Assembly (NCBI GenBank): GCA_041163625.1
Contig: JBEARB010000330.1
Coordinates: 10,194 to 74,193 of the forward strand
Length of the DNA: 64,000 nucleotides
Direction: 5' to 3'
From: Pseudomonadota bacterium
Lineage (GTDB): Bacteria; Myxococcota_A; UBA9042
Positions 1 to 10,708 of this stretch are shown here, piece by piece. Both the position numbers and the translations under genes were made by a program. Under the pieces are notes generated by a model. The model searched no databases. It saw only the letters and a list, made by a program, of their open reading frames with translations, and had not been told where the DNA came from. How positions within the stretch are numbered: position 1 is the first letter of the stretch; every line of letters begins with the position of its first letter.

Positions 1-418
1 ATCCCGGTGTCTCCCTGTTCGTGCCGGACGTACCGGCGCAAGCGGACCTTCTCACGACTCGACTCGGGCGACGACAACCCTCGTGCCGTCTCCGTCCCCT
101 CCGATGCGGGTGGGTCGAAGCGTGCCCCTGCCGTTTGGTCGTACCCGACCTCGCGGCCGGACAATCATTCAGCAGAAGCAGCGTCTGTCAACCCAATCCC
201 GCGCCCTCGCGGACGGCCAAGTCAGGCGGCGTTGTAGCACCGCGTTCAGCGGACGGTCAAGGCCTGGAGGTGGGCTGCAGATCCGCGAACTTGGAGTACC
301 AGAATGGGCCACGAGAGGATGATGGAATGTGAACGTACGGCTGCAATCGTTGCGACCACGCCGCTTGCGCCGCCGGAGCCGCCGTGCTGCCATCGGCGCC
401 CCAACCGGAGGTGAGGCC

Positions 419-1066
419 ATGCGACGAAGCGACAGTGAGGCCATCGAGGCCGCCATCGAGGACGACCCCGACGAGGCCATCCGCCTGTGCGAAGCCCTGC
501 TCGACGACGACGAAGAGGATGCCGACGTGTGGGCGTACCTCGCCGAGGCTCAGCTCGCCGCCGGCCGCAGCCGCAAGGCGCTCGAGACATTGGCGCAGGT
601 GGTCGAGCTCGATCCCGAGTGGATCGAGGCGTACACCTTGCGTGCGGAGATCTTGATGGATCAGGACAAGGCCGACGCCGCCGCCATCGAGCTCGACGTC
701 GCCTCGGACCTCGACGCCGAAGATCCGCGGGTGCTCCGCGCTCGCGCACTCGCCGCGGAGCTCGCCGGCGCATTCGAAGAGGCCGATCGACTGTATGCGG
801 AGGCCGAGGACGTCGACGTGCTCTGGCCGGCGCCGCCGCGTTTCGAGCGCGGGGCCATGGCCGCTGCGCTGCAGAGCGCGATCGGCAAGGCCGTGCAGGT
901 CCGCGAGATGCCGGCCGCCGGCGCCGGCCGCCTGCGCATGGTCGAGCGCGGCAAGGGCGGTCTGGTCGTCTACGCGCGGAACCTGGAGCGCGAGCTCGAC
1001 GCCGGCGGCGCGCTCGAAGACGTCGTGCTGCTGGTCGAAGAAGCGTTGGAAGACCTCGGCGACTGA
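419..1066 (+). CDS. TPR-repeat protein (hypothetical), acidic
   Basis: ORF 329..1066. The ATG at 419 is preceded by GGAGGTGAGGCC. Helical TPR-like repeats (WAYLAEAQLAAGRSRKALETLAQVVELDPEWIEAYTLRAEILMDQDK). Confidence 0.55.
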   Translation: MRRSDSEAIEAAIEDDPDEAIRLCEALLDDDEEDADVWAYLAEAQLAAGRSRKALETLAQVVELDPEWIEAYTLRAEILMDQDKADAAAIELDVASDLDAEDPRVLRARALAAELAGAFEEADRLYAEAEDVDVLWPAPPRFERGAMAAALQSAIGKAVQVREMPAAGAGRLRMVERGKGGLVVYARNLERELDAGGALEDVVLLVEEALEDLGD

Positions 1067-1109
1067 GTCGCCCGCAGGGTTCGGCGGCGCGAATCCCCTC
1101 GCAGCGCCT

Positions 1110-2324
<1,215 letters not shown>

Positions 2325-2422
2325 CTGGAATCTCCCTGGCGGCCGCGCGGTTTGACGCTCCACGGGCGCAGCCGCAGGATGCGGAGCGCGCGGATGGTCC
2401 GCTGCGACGGGGAGACTGGCAA

Positions 2423-4081
2423 GTGCGACGAGCGTACGGAACGATCGCGGCCTGGGCCGTGGCTTGCGCGATCGCCGCGCCGAGCACCCTGGCGTCGGCA
2501 GCCCCGGCGTGGCGCTTCAGCGAGCAGGCGCCGGCCCCCAAGGGTGGCGCAGGCGGTGTCGGCATGGTCCTGGACGGGCGCGCCGAGGGAGGCCGCTCGG
2601 CCGGCGTGGTAGTCGCGCGCGTCGTACCCGGTGGCCCGGCCGCGAGCGCGGGGGTCCGACCCGGCGATCGCATCGTCGGCGTCGCGGGCAAGACGCTGCC
2701 GCCCGACGCGACGGTCGCGACGGTCGCCCTGCTGATCCGCGGCCCGATCGGCAGCAAGGTGACGATCGCGGTGCAGGGCAAGTCCGATCCCGCGCCGCGG
2801 CAAGCAGAGGTCGAGCGGGTCGCGATGGAATCGCTCTTCCCGACGCGGGTGGCGCGACCGGTCGAGGTCCAAGCCGGCGTGGCTCTGGTCGCGAGCGGCG
2901 CGAACCACACGGTCGGCGTGCACTTCCTGGACCAGGGCCGACCCGGCGCGCTGGTGCGCTATGCGTGGGCCGTCGCGCCGAGCGGCGCGGCGCTCGACGC
3001 GAAAGACGCGATGCAAGGCGAATCGGTGGTGGTCTGGACCGGCGCGGGGGCGACCGTGCAGGTCGCGGACCTCCGGGTCGATCTCGCCATCTGGCCCAGC
3101 CGGAGCGTCTTGGTCGCCTCCGCCTCGAATCTGCCGGTGGTGGTCACCGACGCCGCACGGTGGCGATCGCTCGATCCCTCGGCGCAGAAGGTGCAGACCC
3201 TGCGCGCGCCCCCGAAAACCGGGGTCGCGCACTGGCCCGAGGGGCCCTGCACGCTGCGAGTCGCGGCGCGGATCGGACAAGCTCCGGTGGTGTTGCATCG
3301 GCTGACGGTCGATCTCCGCAGTGCGACGGGCGAGGTGATGCCGAGCGCGACCGTGCTGACCGACGCCGACGGGGAGGCGACGCTCTCGCTGCCCGCCGGC
3401 ACCTGGACGATCGTCGGGATCCGGCCGGCCAAGGGCGGCGGTCATCGCGATCTCGCCTACGCCGCGAAGCTCGTCGCACCCAGCGCGGCCACGCGCTGCG
3501 ACGACGGCGCGACGGCGCAGGTGCCGCTGGCGCTCGAGGCGCTGCCGCCGGTCGCGGCGGGCGCGCTGCCTGCGCAGGCACTGAATCACCCCTTGGTCGG
3601 CAAGCCGATGCCGGAGATCGCGGTCCGCCGGTGGCTCGGGGAAGGCGCGGCGGCACCGGCCAAGGGCGAGGCGCTCCTGCTCTACGCATGGGCGACCTGG
3701 TGCGGCCCGTGCAAGCGGACATCACCCGAGATCGCCGAGCTCGCCGCGCGCCGCGCCGGCAAGGGCCTGCGCGTGGTGCTGGCGTCGGCCGATCGCGACG
3801 AAGCCGCGCTGGAGGACTATGTCGCGGCGCTCCCGCCGGACGGACCACCCGTTGCGTGGTGCGGACCCGATCTGCTCGATCCCCTCGAGGCTCGCGGCAT
3901 CCCGACCGTGATGGTGGTCGACGCCGGCGGCATCGTACGCGCGGTGCACACCGGCAGCGGCGTCGCGATCGAGACCTGGGAGCGATTCCTCGACTCGATC
4001 GCCAGCCCGCCCGAAGCGACGCCCGCGGGCACGCCGAAGGCCGTGCGCAAGCCGCGCCCGACCGTCGGCAAGAAGCGTTAG
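2423..4081 (+). CDS. secreted PDZ-domain / TlpA-like thioredoxin fusion protein
   Basis: GTG start and a signal peptide. PDZ motif ([24 protein letters not shown]). A central CarbopepD_reg-like segment ([20 protein letters not shown]). C-terminal thioredoxin fold with WCGPC. Confidence 0.7.
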   Translation: MRRAYGTIAAWAVACAIAAPSTLASAAPAWRFSEQAPAPKGGAGGVGMVLDGRAEGGRSAGVVVARVVPGGPAASAGVRPGDRIVGVAGKTLPPDATVATVALLIRGPIGSKVTIAVQGKSDPAPRQAEVERVAMESLFPTRVARPVEVQAGVALVASGANHTVGVHFLDQGRPGALVRYAWAVAPSGAALDAKDAMQGESVVVWTGAGATVQVADLRVDLAIWPSRSVLVASASNLPVVVTDAARWRSLDPSAQKVQTLRAPPKTGVAHWPEGPCTLRVAARIGQAPVVLHRLTVDLRSATGEVMPSATVLTDADGEATLSLPAGTWTIVGIRPAKGGGHRDLAYAAKLVAPSAATRCDDGATAQVPLALEALPPVAAGALPAQALNHPLVGKPMPEIAVRRWLGEGAAAPAKGEALLLYAWATWCGPCKRTSPEIAELAARRAGKGLRVVLASADRDEAALEDYVAALPPDGPPVAWCGPDLLDPLEARGIPTVMVVDAGGIVRAVHTGSGVAIETWERFLDSIASPPEATPAGTPKAVRKPRPTVGKKR

Positions 4082-4103
4082 CCGATCCGGTCGGAACCTG
4101 CGA

Positions 4104-5120
4104 TCAGGCCGAGAACGCGGCCACCAACAACGGCAGCGTCGTGAGCGCGACGCCCGAGTCGCGGAGCCGGCGCGCGCTCGCCGCAGCGGCGATGGCGGCC
4201 TCTTGCTCACCCTCGCGACCCAGCAAGACGGCGACGACTTCGAGGCGGCGCGACCAGATCGCGCGGGCGTCGTCGTGCAGCGCCGCGTCGACCGCCGTCG
4301 CGTCTGCGTCGGCAGCGAGGCCCAGGGCGGTCGCCATCGCGCGGGCGTAGGCGCGCAGCGCGGCGTGACCGCCGAACCGGTCGGCCGATTCGATCACCGC
4401 GCTCAAGGCGCCTGCATCGCCATCGAGCTGCACGTCGATCGCCTCGAGCGGCGGGATGTCGGCGAGCATCCGGCCGGCGCGGAGCATGTCGCCCTCGACC
4501 GCGGCACCACTCTCGCGCGAGAGATCCAAGCCCCGGCGCAGCAGGCCCGCGGCGAGCTCGGCGGGCACCTCGACCATCAGGGCGGCGTCGGGCACCACAC
4601 GCTCGAGCAGGCTGCGCACACGCGATCGCGAGGTATTGGCGTTGAAGTAGACCCCGCGCAGGCGGTCGTCGGGGCCGATCACACCGGCGAGCGACCAGCC
4701 GCCGTCGGCCTGCGACCAGCCGCCGAGCGCGACGACGTGGTGGCCCGCCTTGTCGAAGCCGGTGCAGTACGAGGGCAGCGGGTCCGGGCGCAGCGAGAGG
4801 CCGACGGCGCGACGCGGAGCCCCCGCCTCCGGCACCGTGATGCCGCGCTGCTTGGCCCGGAACACGACCTTCTTGGCGGCCTTGGCGCACGGCTTGCTGC
4901 GCGCGTGGGCGCAGAGCAGCGCGACGAGCGACCAGTCGGCGCGCTCTTCGGCGATCTCCAGCAGCGCCAACTCGACGTCTTCGCCCAGATCGCGGGACGC
5001 CAGCAGCTCCGGCGTCGCTTGAACCTTGCCCGAGAGCAGGACCATGCCGAGCGCCACTTCGGCGGAGCGCTCCTTGGGGGCGCGTCCGCTTTCCAACCAA
5101 TCGCGAGCCGCGATGCTCAT
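4104..5120 (-). CDS. hypothetical protein
   Basis: 338-aa ORF. Its ATG overlaps the gltX stop codon (ATGA), which suggests co-translation with the upstream gene. No recognisable motif. Confidence 0.45.
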   Translation of the reverse strand: MSIAARDWLESGRAPKERSAEVALGMVLLSGKVQATPELLASRDLGEDVELALLEIAEERADWSLVALLCAHARSKPCAKAAKKVVFRAKQRGITVPEAGAPRRAVGLSLRPDPLPSYCTGFDKAGHHVVALGGWSQADGGWSLAGVIGPDDRLRGVYFNANTSRSRVRSLLERVVPDAALMVEVPAELAAGLLRRGLDLSRESGAAVEGDMLRAGRMLADIPPLEAIDVQLDGDAGALSAVIESADRFGGHAALRAYARAMATALGLAADADATAVDAALHDDARAIWSRRLEVVAVLLGREGEQEAAIAAAASARRLRDSGVALTTLPLLVAAFSA

Positions 5121-6700
5121 GCCGCGCCCCCTTCGGCCGCCGCGGCGGCGTGCGCGAGCGCGTCGCGGTAGGCCGCGACCTCACGCTCGAGCGCTTCCAA
5201 CTCGGCCTGGCCCGGCGCGGACTGCGCCAGCCAGTTGGCGGCCGTACGCAGTCGCACCAGCGAGAGCGCGCGCCCCATCGCCACGATCGTCTCGAACAGG
5301 CCCGGCGCCGCGGTGCGGCCCGTCAGGGCGACGCGGACGGCCATGAAGCCGTCACCGACGCCGACTCCGGCGGCCTCGGTCGACTCGCGCAAGGCGGCTT
5401 CGACGGCGACCTCGTCGAAATCGGCGAGACCCTCGAGGCGCGCGATCACGTCCTCGAAAAAAGCCTTCGAGGCGCGCGCGCTCAACCGCACGGCCTTCTT
5501 CTTCTTGCTGCCGCAGCCCACCAGCAGGTGCCGCGAGTCGGCGCCGTAGGGCACGCTGGCGCCGTAGAAGGGGCCGGCGTGGTGCGGCCAATCACCGAGG
5601 CTGCCGACGCGCTCGGCGACCAGGCGGGCGACGTGGACGTCGCGGCCGTCCTCGCGGAAGTAGTCGGCGAAACGAGCAGCCAGCGCGTCGGGCGCCATCG
5701 CCCGGATCCACAGCCCGTTGATGTGCTGCAGGCGATCGAGGTCGAAGACCGGGCCGCCGAGCGAGATCCGGCCGAAGTCGAGCGCGGCGCTGAACGCCTC
5801 GAAGTCGAAGAACTCGGCCTCGTCGGGCATCGAGAAGCCGAGCATGCCGAGGAAGTTCAGGAACGCCTCGGGCAGGATGCCGGCGCGCTGGTAGAACTCG
5901 AGGCTGGTCGGGTTCTTGCGCTTGCTGATCTTGCTGCGGTCCGCGTTGCGCAGCAGCGGCATGTGCACGAAGACCGGCGCTTCCCAGCCAAACGCGTCGT
6001 AGAGTTCGAGGTGCTTGGGCGTCGAGTTCAACCACTCCTCGGCCCGGATCACGTGGGTGATCTGCATCAGGTGATCGTCGACGACGTTGGCGAGATGGTA
6101 GGTCGGCAGACCGTCGCTCTTGAGCAAGATCTGGTCGTCGATGCGACCGTTCTCGTAACGCACCTCGCCGCGCAGCGCGTCGGGCACGATGGTCTCGCCA
6201 TCCTGCGGCATCGCCAGGCGCACGACGTGGGCCTCGCCAGCGGCGGCGCGAGCGGCGGAATCGGCGGCGTCGAGGTGGCGGCAATGCCCGTCGTAGCGCC
6301 AATCGTCGCCGGCGGCCTTTTGCGCCGCGCGCATCGCATCGAGGCGCTCGGCGGTGCAGAAGCAACGGTAGGCGCGACCCTTGGCGATCAGCAGGTCGGC
6401 GTGCTCGGCGTAGATCGTGGCGCGCTCGGATTGACGATAGGGGCCGTAGGGGCCGCCGACGTCGGGGCCCTCGTCCCACTGCAGCCCGCACCAACCGAGG
6501 CTGCGCAGGATCGCGGCCTCGCTGGCGGCGGTCGAGCGCTTCTGGTCGGTGTCCTCGATGCGGAGCACGAACTGGCCGCCGTGCTGCCGTGCGAAGGCGA
6601 GGTTGAAGAGCGCGATGTAGGCGGTGCCCACGTGGGGGTCGCCGGTCGGGCTCGGGGCGATGCGAACGCGCACGGGATGGCGAGGCGTCGGGATGCTCAA
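5117..6700 (-). CDS. gltX: glutamate--tRNA ligase
   Basis: Class-I synthetase HIGH region (VRVRIAPSPTGDPHVGTAY) and a KISKR (KMSKS-type) motif. The likely start is TTG at 6698-6700 with AGGAG 5 nt upstream. The track's first M at 6754 would add a non-conserved extension. Confidence 0.85.
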   Translation of the reverse strand: MSIPTPRHPVRVRIAPSPTGDPHVGTAYIALFNLAFARQHGGQFVLRIEDTDQKRSTAASEAAILRSLGWCGLQWDEGPDVGGPYGPYRQSERATIYAEHADLLIAKGRAYRCFCTAERLDAMRAAQKAAGDDWRYDGHCRHLDAADSAARAAAGEAHVVRLAMPQDGETIVPDALRGEVRYENGRIDDQILLKSDGLPTYHLANVVDDHLMQITHVIRAEEWLNSTPKHLELYDAFGWEAPVFVHMPLLRNADRSKISKRKNPTSLEFYQRAGILPEAFLNFLGMLGFSMPDEAEFFDFEAFSAALDFGRISLGGPVFDLDRLQHINGLWIRAMAPDALAARFADYFREDGRDVHVARLVAERVGSLGDWPHHAGPFYGASVPYGADSRHLLVGCGSKKKKAVRLSARASKAFFEDVIARLEGLADFDEVAVEAALRESTEAAGVGVGDGFMAVRVALTGRTAAPGLFETIVAMGRALSLVRLRTAANWLAQSAPGQAELEALEREVAAYRDALAHAAAAAEGGAA

Positions 6701-6778
6701 GACGGCTCCTGTAGGGAAGTTCACGGCACCGGTGGGTGCCGCGGAACGGCGCAAGCTACGGGGACGCCCCGGGCAGGG

Positions 6779-7471
6779 TCAAGAGCCGGCAGCGGCGCGG
6801 GGATCTGCGTCGGCGTCGGCGCGCATCTGCACGACACGGGCGCGATCGTCGCCGGTCACGGGGCCGGCCGGGGTGGCGAGCAGCGCCTCGAGATCGGCGC
6901 TCGCGCGGTCGAGATCGTCGTTGCAGAGCAGGCCCCACGGCACGCCCGCGTCGAGTTGTTCGAGCACCCCGTGCAGCTCGCGGCGGGCGGTGCGCAGACG
7001 GCGCTGCAGCGTCTCGGGCGTCTCGCTACCGCGTCGCTCGAGTCGACCGCAGAGCGCTGCCCAATCGGGCGGCGTGATGAAGACCAACCGGCAGCGCGCC
7101 TGGTAGGCGTCGAAGAGCGCGGTGGCACCGACGATGTCGACGTCGAACAGCACGTCGCGACCGGCGCGCAAGTGGTGCTCGACGGCAGCGTAGGAGGTGC
7201 CGTAGAGGTTGCCGTGCACCTCGGCCCACTCCACGAAGCCGCCGGCGTCGATCAGCGCCTCGAAGGTCTCGCGGTCGACGAAGGTGTAGTCGACGCCGTG
7301 CTGCTCACCGCGGCGCATGGCGCGGGTGGTGTGGCTGACGGAGAAGGCACGCTGCTCCGGCTTCGCGTCGATCAGCCGATGCGCCAGCGTGGTCTTGCCC
7401 GCGCCGGCAGGGCCGACCAGGACCACCAGACGGCCCTTTCGCGCGTGCTCGGTCGTCGCCGTCTGCCGCAT
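6779..7471 (-). CDS. gmk: guanylate kinase
   Basis: P-loop GPAGAGKTT, and sequence matching the guanylate kinase family over the full 230 aa. Confidence 0.85.
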   Translation of the reverse strand: MRQTATTEHARKGRLVVLVGPAGAGKTTLAHRLIDAKPEQRAFSVSHTTRAMRRGEQHGVDYTFVDRETFEALIDAGGFVEWAEVHGNLYGTSYAAVEHHLRAGRDVLFDVDIVGATALFDAYQARCRLVFITPPDWAALCGRLERRGSETPETLQRRLRTARRELHGVLEQLDAGVPWGLLCNDDLDRASADLEALLATPAGPVTGDDRARVVQMRADADADPRAAAGS

Positions 7472-7496
7472 CGTCGCCTCGTCCTTTTCGCCCCAA

Positions 7497-8372
7497 TCAG
7501 GCGAGGTTCTGTACCTGTTCGCGGATCTTTTCGATCTCGACCTTGGCCGCGACCACGCGCTCGGTGATCGCCAGGGTGCTCGACTTGCTGCCGATCGTGT
7601 TGACCTCGCGGAGCAGCTCCTGGCTCAGGAACGAGAGCTTGCGTCCGGGTGCCGGCTCGGCGAGCGCGGCACGGCAGGCCTGCAGATGACCGGCCAGCCG
7701 GACCAACTCTTCCGTCACGTCGCTGCGATCGGCGACCAACACGATCTCGGTCTCGAGCCGCGCCGGGTCCAACTTCGCGTCGCCGAGCAACTCGCCGACC
7801 CGCGTCCACAGACGCTCGCGCGCCTCGGGTAGGACCTGCGCCGCCAGCGCCTCGACTTCGAGCCGCAGGGCGTCGAGCGTGGCAAGCCGCGCCATCAGGT
7901 CGCGTGCGAGCCGCTCACCCTCGGCGTCGCGCGAGGTCTGCAGCTGCGCGAGCGCAGCGGTGAACGCAGCCGTCGTCGCCTGCTCGCCGGCTTCGACGTC
8001 CTCTTCCGGCCGCGAGACGCTCATCACGCCCGGCTGCGCCACGATCAGCTCCAGCCCCGGCGTTTCGGCGCGGCCGAGGGCCTCGGCCAGCGCGGCCAGC
8101 GATTCCTGCCACGCGGTCGCGAGCGCCAGATCGACGCGGACCTCGGGCCGCGCGTCGCCGTCCCGACGGAGCTCGACATGAACATCGACGTGGCCGCGCC
8201 CGAGCGCCTCGCGCAGCTGTTCGGTCAGCCCGACCTGCAGGTGGGCGAGCGCGTGCGGCAGCCGAAACCGAGGGTCGAGGTTGCGATGGTTGACGCTGCG
8301 CAGCTCGACGCGCGCGACGACACCTTCGACGGCGGCATCACCGGCGCCGAAGCCGGTCATCGAGGCGGGCAT
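7497..8372 (-). CDS. YicC-family stress-induced protein
   Basis: C-terminal ~290 aa of the track ORF, starting at MPASMTGFG. The YicC N- and C-terminal domains are recognisable (SMTGFG...; ...NTIGSKS...EIEKIREQVQN). The ATG lies 2 nt downstream of the upstream gene's stop. Confidence 0.8.
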   Translation of the reverse strand: MPASMTGFGAGDAAVEGVVARVELRSVNHRNLDPRFRLPHALAHLQVGLTEQLREALGRGHVDVHVELRRDGDARPEVRVDLALATAWQESLAALAEALGRAETPGLELIVAQPGVMSVSRPEEDVEAGEQATTAAFTAALAQLQTSRDAEGERLARDLMARLATLDALRLEVEALAAQVLPEARERLWTRVGELLGDAKLDPARLETEIVLVADRSDVTEELVRLAGHLQACRAALAEPAPGRKLSFLSQELLREVNTIGSKSSTLAITERVVAAKVEIEKIREQVQNLA

Positions 8373-8374
8373 GA

Positions 8375-9448
8375 CTACTCCGCGGCGGTCGGGACGGCCG
8401 GCTCGGCAGCGCCCGGGACGTCGCCCTCGGCCGGGGCCTCGAGCGCCGAGAGCTGCAGCGGCTCGGGCAGCGTCTTCACGCCGGCGATGCCGAGGGCCTC
8501 GCGGATGCCGTCCTGGAGCTGCTCGATCGTCTCGGCGCGGCGGCCGTTGACGTAGAAGGTCGGCGTGCCGTCGACGCCCGCCTTGCGGCCCTGCTCGTAG
8601 TCGGCATCGACCGCGGCCTTGGACTTCTCGTCGTTCACGTCGGCCTCGAAGCGCTTCATGTCCAGCCCGAGCTTGGTGGCGTAGCCCTTGACCTGCTCCC
8701 ACGCCAGCGCAGGCGCGTTGGCGAAGAGCACGTCGTGCATCTCCCAGAACTTGCCCTGCTGTTGCGCCGCCCAGGCCGCCCGGGCTGCGCCCTCTGCGTG
8801 CGGATGGGCGGCCCGCAACGGGTAGTGCAGGTAGAACACGGCGACGCCGTAGTGCTTCTGCAGGCGCTTGACCGGCTCGACGGCGCGCCGACAGAAGGGG
8901 CACTCGAAGTCCGAGAACACGACCACCGAAACCTTGCTGTCCTTCGGCCCGAGGCGGGGGGCGGCGGCGGTGTCGATGCGTGCGACGGTATTCAGGCGCT
9001 CGACCTCGCGCAGGAGCAGGCCCACGATCTTCCGCTTGCCGTAGCCCTGCTGCAGCTTGTGCACGACGAAGCGGGCAAGGCGGGGCGCGAGCGCGCAATC
9101 ACCGGCCATCACCGAGGCGCGGAAGTTGCGGGGCTTGCCGCACGGGCAGAACTGCTCGTCGAGCACCTCTCCGAGGACCTTGAGTTCCGAGGCGTCCAAA
9201 TCCTTGGTGTCGACGCCGGGCAACTCGGCCGGCGCGGCCTTGTCGGCCGTCTTCGGGGGCGCGGCCGCGGGGGCCTTGTCGCCGGCACCAGCGGGCTCGA
9301 CCGGCGGCGCGGCGGGCGTGCGAGCCTCGGCGGCGGGGGCCGCGGGCTTGACCTCGGCGGGCGCGGGCTCGCTCTTACCGCAGGCGGTCGCGGCGAGCGC
9401 GAGGGCGAGCAGGCCGGCGAGACCGGCGAACGACGGCTGGCGGATCAT
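8375..9448 (-). CDS. DsbA-like thioredoxin-fold lipoprotein
   Basis: Signal peptide with lipobox (LALAATAC). Pro/Ala-rich linker. Thioredoxin CxxC (FSDFECPFCRR). Start at MIRQPSFAG. Confidence 0.7.
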   Translation of the reverse strand: MIRQPSFAGLAGLLALALAATACGKSEPAPAEVKPAAPAAEARTPAAPPVEPAGAGDKAPAAAPPKTADKAAPAELPGVDTKDLDASELKVLGEVLDEQFCPCGKPRNFRASVMAGDCALAPRLARFVVHKLQQGYGKRKIVGLLLREVERLNTVARIDTAAAPRLGPKDSKVSVVVFSDFECPFCRRAVEPVKRLQKHYGVAVFYLHYPLRAAHPHAEGAARAAWAAQQQGKFWEMHDVLFANAPALAWEQVKGYATKLGLDMKRFEADVNDEKSKAAVDADYEQGRKAGVDGTPTFYVNGRRAETIEQLQDGIREALGIAGVKTLPEPLQLSALEAPAEGDVPGAAEPAVPTAAE

Positions 9449-9560
9449 GGACACGGGGACCTCCACGTCTTGCCCCACGATGGGCGGCGATTAGGATGCG
9501 GCGCGGACCGGGAGGGCGCAAGGGTGCGCCGCCGGGGTCCACTCGGAGTCGGGAGCGTCC

Positions 9561-10061
9561 GTGTCGTGTCGCGTCGTCATCGCCCTCGGCGGCAACCTCG
9601 GCGCCCCCGACGCCCTGCTCCGGGCCGGCTGGGCCGACGTCGTGGCGGCCCTGCGCTTGGACAACCCCGTGCTCTCGCCGATCTTCCGTACCCCGCCGGC
9701 CGAGCAGGCGAGCGGTCCGGACTTTGCGAACGCAGTGGGCGTCGGCTATACGCGCTGCGACGCGGGAGAGACGCTGGAAGCGCTGCTCGCGATCGAGCGA
9801 CGGCACGGCCGTGATCGAGCGCGGGAGGGCTACCACGGCGCCCGCCCGCTGGACCTGGACCTGGTCGATTGGGGAGGCATCGTGCACCGAGACGCTCGCC
9901 TGACGCTGCCGCACCCGCGCGCCCACCGACGTGCGTTCGTGCTGGTTCCGCTCGCGAGCGTGGTGCCCGATTGGCGCTTCCCGGGCCACGACACGACGGT
10001 CGCCGAGTTGCTCGCGGCACGGCCGGCGAGCGAGCGCGCGGCGGTACGGCCATGGGCATGA
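9561..10061 (+). CDS. folK: 2-amino-4-hydroxy-6-hydroxymethyldihydropteridine pyrophosphokinase (HPPK)
   Basis: GTG start. HPPK signature (VIALGGNLG ... RPLDLDLV ... LTLPHPR). 166 aa. Confidence 0.8.
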   Translation: MSCRVVIALGGNLGAPDALLRAGWADVVAALRLDNPVLSPIFRTPPAEQASGPDFANAVGVGYTRCDAGETLEALLAIERRHGRDRAREGYHGARPLDLDLVDWGGIVHRDARLTLPHPRAHRRAFVLVPLASVVPDWRFPGHDTTVAELLAARPASERAAVRPWA

Positions 10062-10708
10062 GCACACGGATCTGGGCCGCCGTCCTGGTGACGGCGTCGC
10101 TGACGGCGTGCGAGCACGAGCCGCCGGCCGCGTCGGTGTTCGGACCGGCCGATCGACCGGCGCCCGGCCTGCTGTTGCGGGCGACGACGCTCGGCGCCGC
10201 CGACGCCCGTGCCGATCACACCGCGATGGCCTTGAATTGGCAGGCGATCGCGGCGGTGGAGGGTGCGCCGGCGGCGGCGCGCGCGTGGTTGGCGCTCGCC
10301 GCGCGACAGGACGATCGCAGCTTGAAGGACCGGGCCGGCTCGCGTCGCTTGGTCATCGAAGCGGTCGTCCGGACCGTGCAGGCCGGCACCCTGGGCGAAC
10401 AGTTCGAGACCCTCCGTGGCGTGGTCGACCGCCTGTACCGCGCCGCCCCGACCGCCGCCGAGACCCGCTTCGCGTTGGCCTACCTGCGCTGGATCTTGCT
10501 TTCGAACGGCGAGGGCGGCCTGCGCCGCGGCGACGTCGACCTCGACGTGATTCGCGACCTCGAGCAGCAGCTCGCGACGCTGCTACGCGAGCACCCCGAT
10601 TTCGTCGGCCCCGCGGAGTTCGACGCCCCGCGATTGACCCGCGAACTCGAGGGGGTCAGGGCGTTGCTGCCGGCGGCGGCGACGGCGACCGGCGCGGTCG
10701 GGGAATGA
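10052..10708 (+). CDS. hypothetical lipoprotein
   Basis: Start at MGMSTRIWAAVLVTASLTAC (lipobox); an ATG at 10058 is an alternative. The start overlaps the folK 3' end. The 3' end overlaps the convergent amidohydrolase gene by ~50 nt. Confidence 0.45.
   Translation: MGMSTRIWAAVLVTASLTACEHEPPAASVFGPADRPAPGLLLRATTLGAADARADHTAMALNWQAIAAVEGAPAAARAWLALAARQDDRSLKDRAGSRRLVIEAVVRTVQAGTLGEQFETLRGVVDRLYRAAPTAAETRFALAYLRWILLSNGEGGLRRGDVDLDVIRDLEQQLATLLREHPDFVGPAEFDAPRLTRELEGVRALLPAAATATGAVGE

Noticed and set aside
1-418. Leading 418 nt with several short ORFs (7..237, 21..332, 83..322)
   Set aside because: No RBS or start context, and no recognisable motif. tRNA-like T-loop sequences were not found either. 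It is most likely intergenic DNA, or the untranslated end of a gene outside the window.
5150-7567. 805-aa plus-strand ORF antisense to gltX/gmk
   Set aside because: A GC-bias shadow ORF with low-complexity R/A/G composition. The opposite strand encodes two confidently identified housekeeping proteins.
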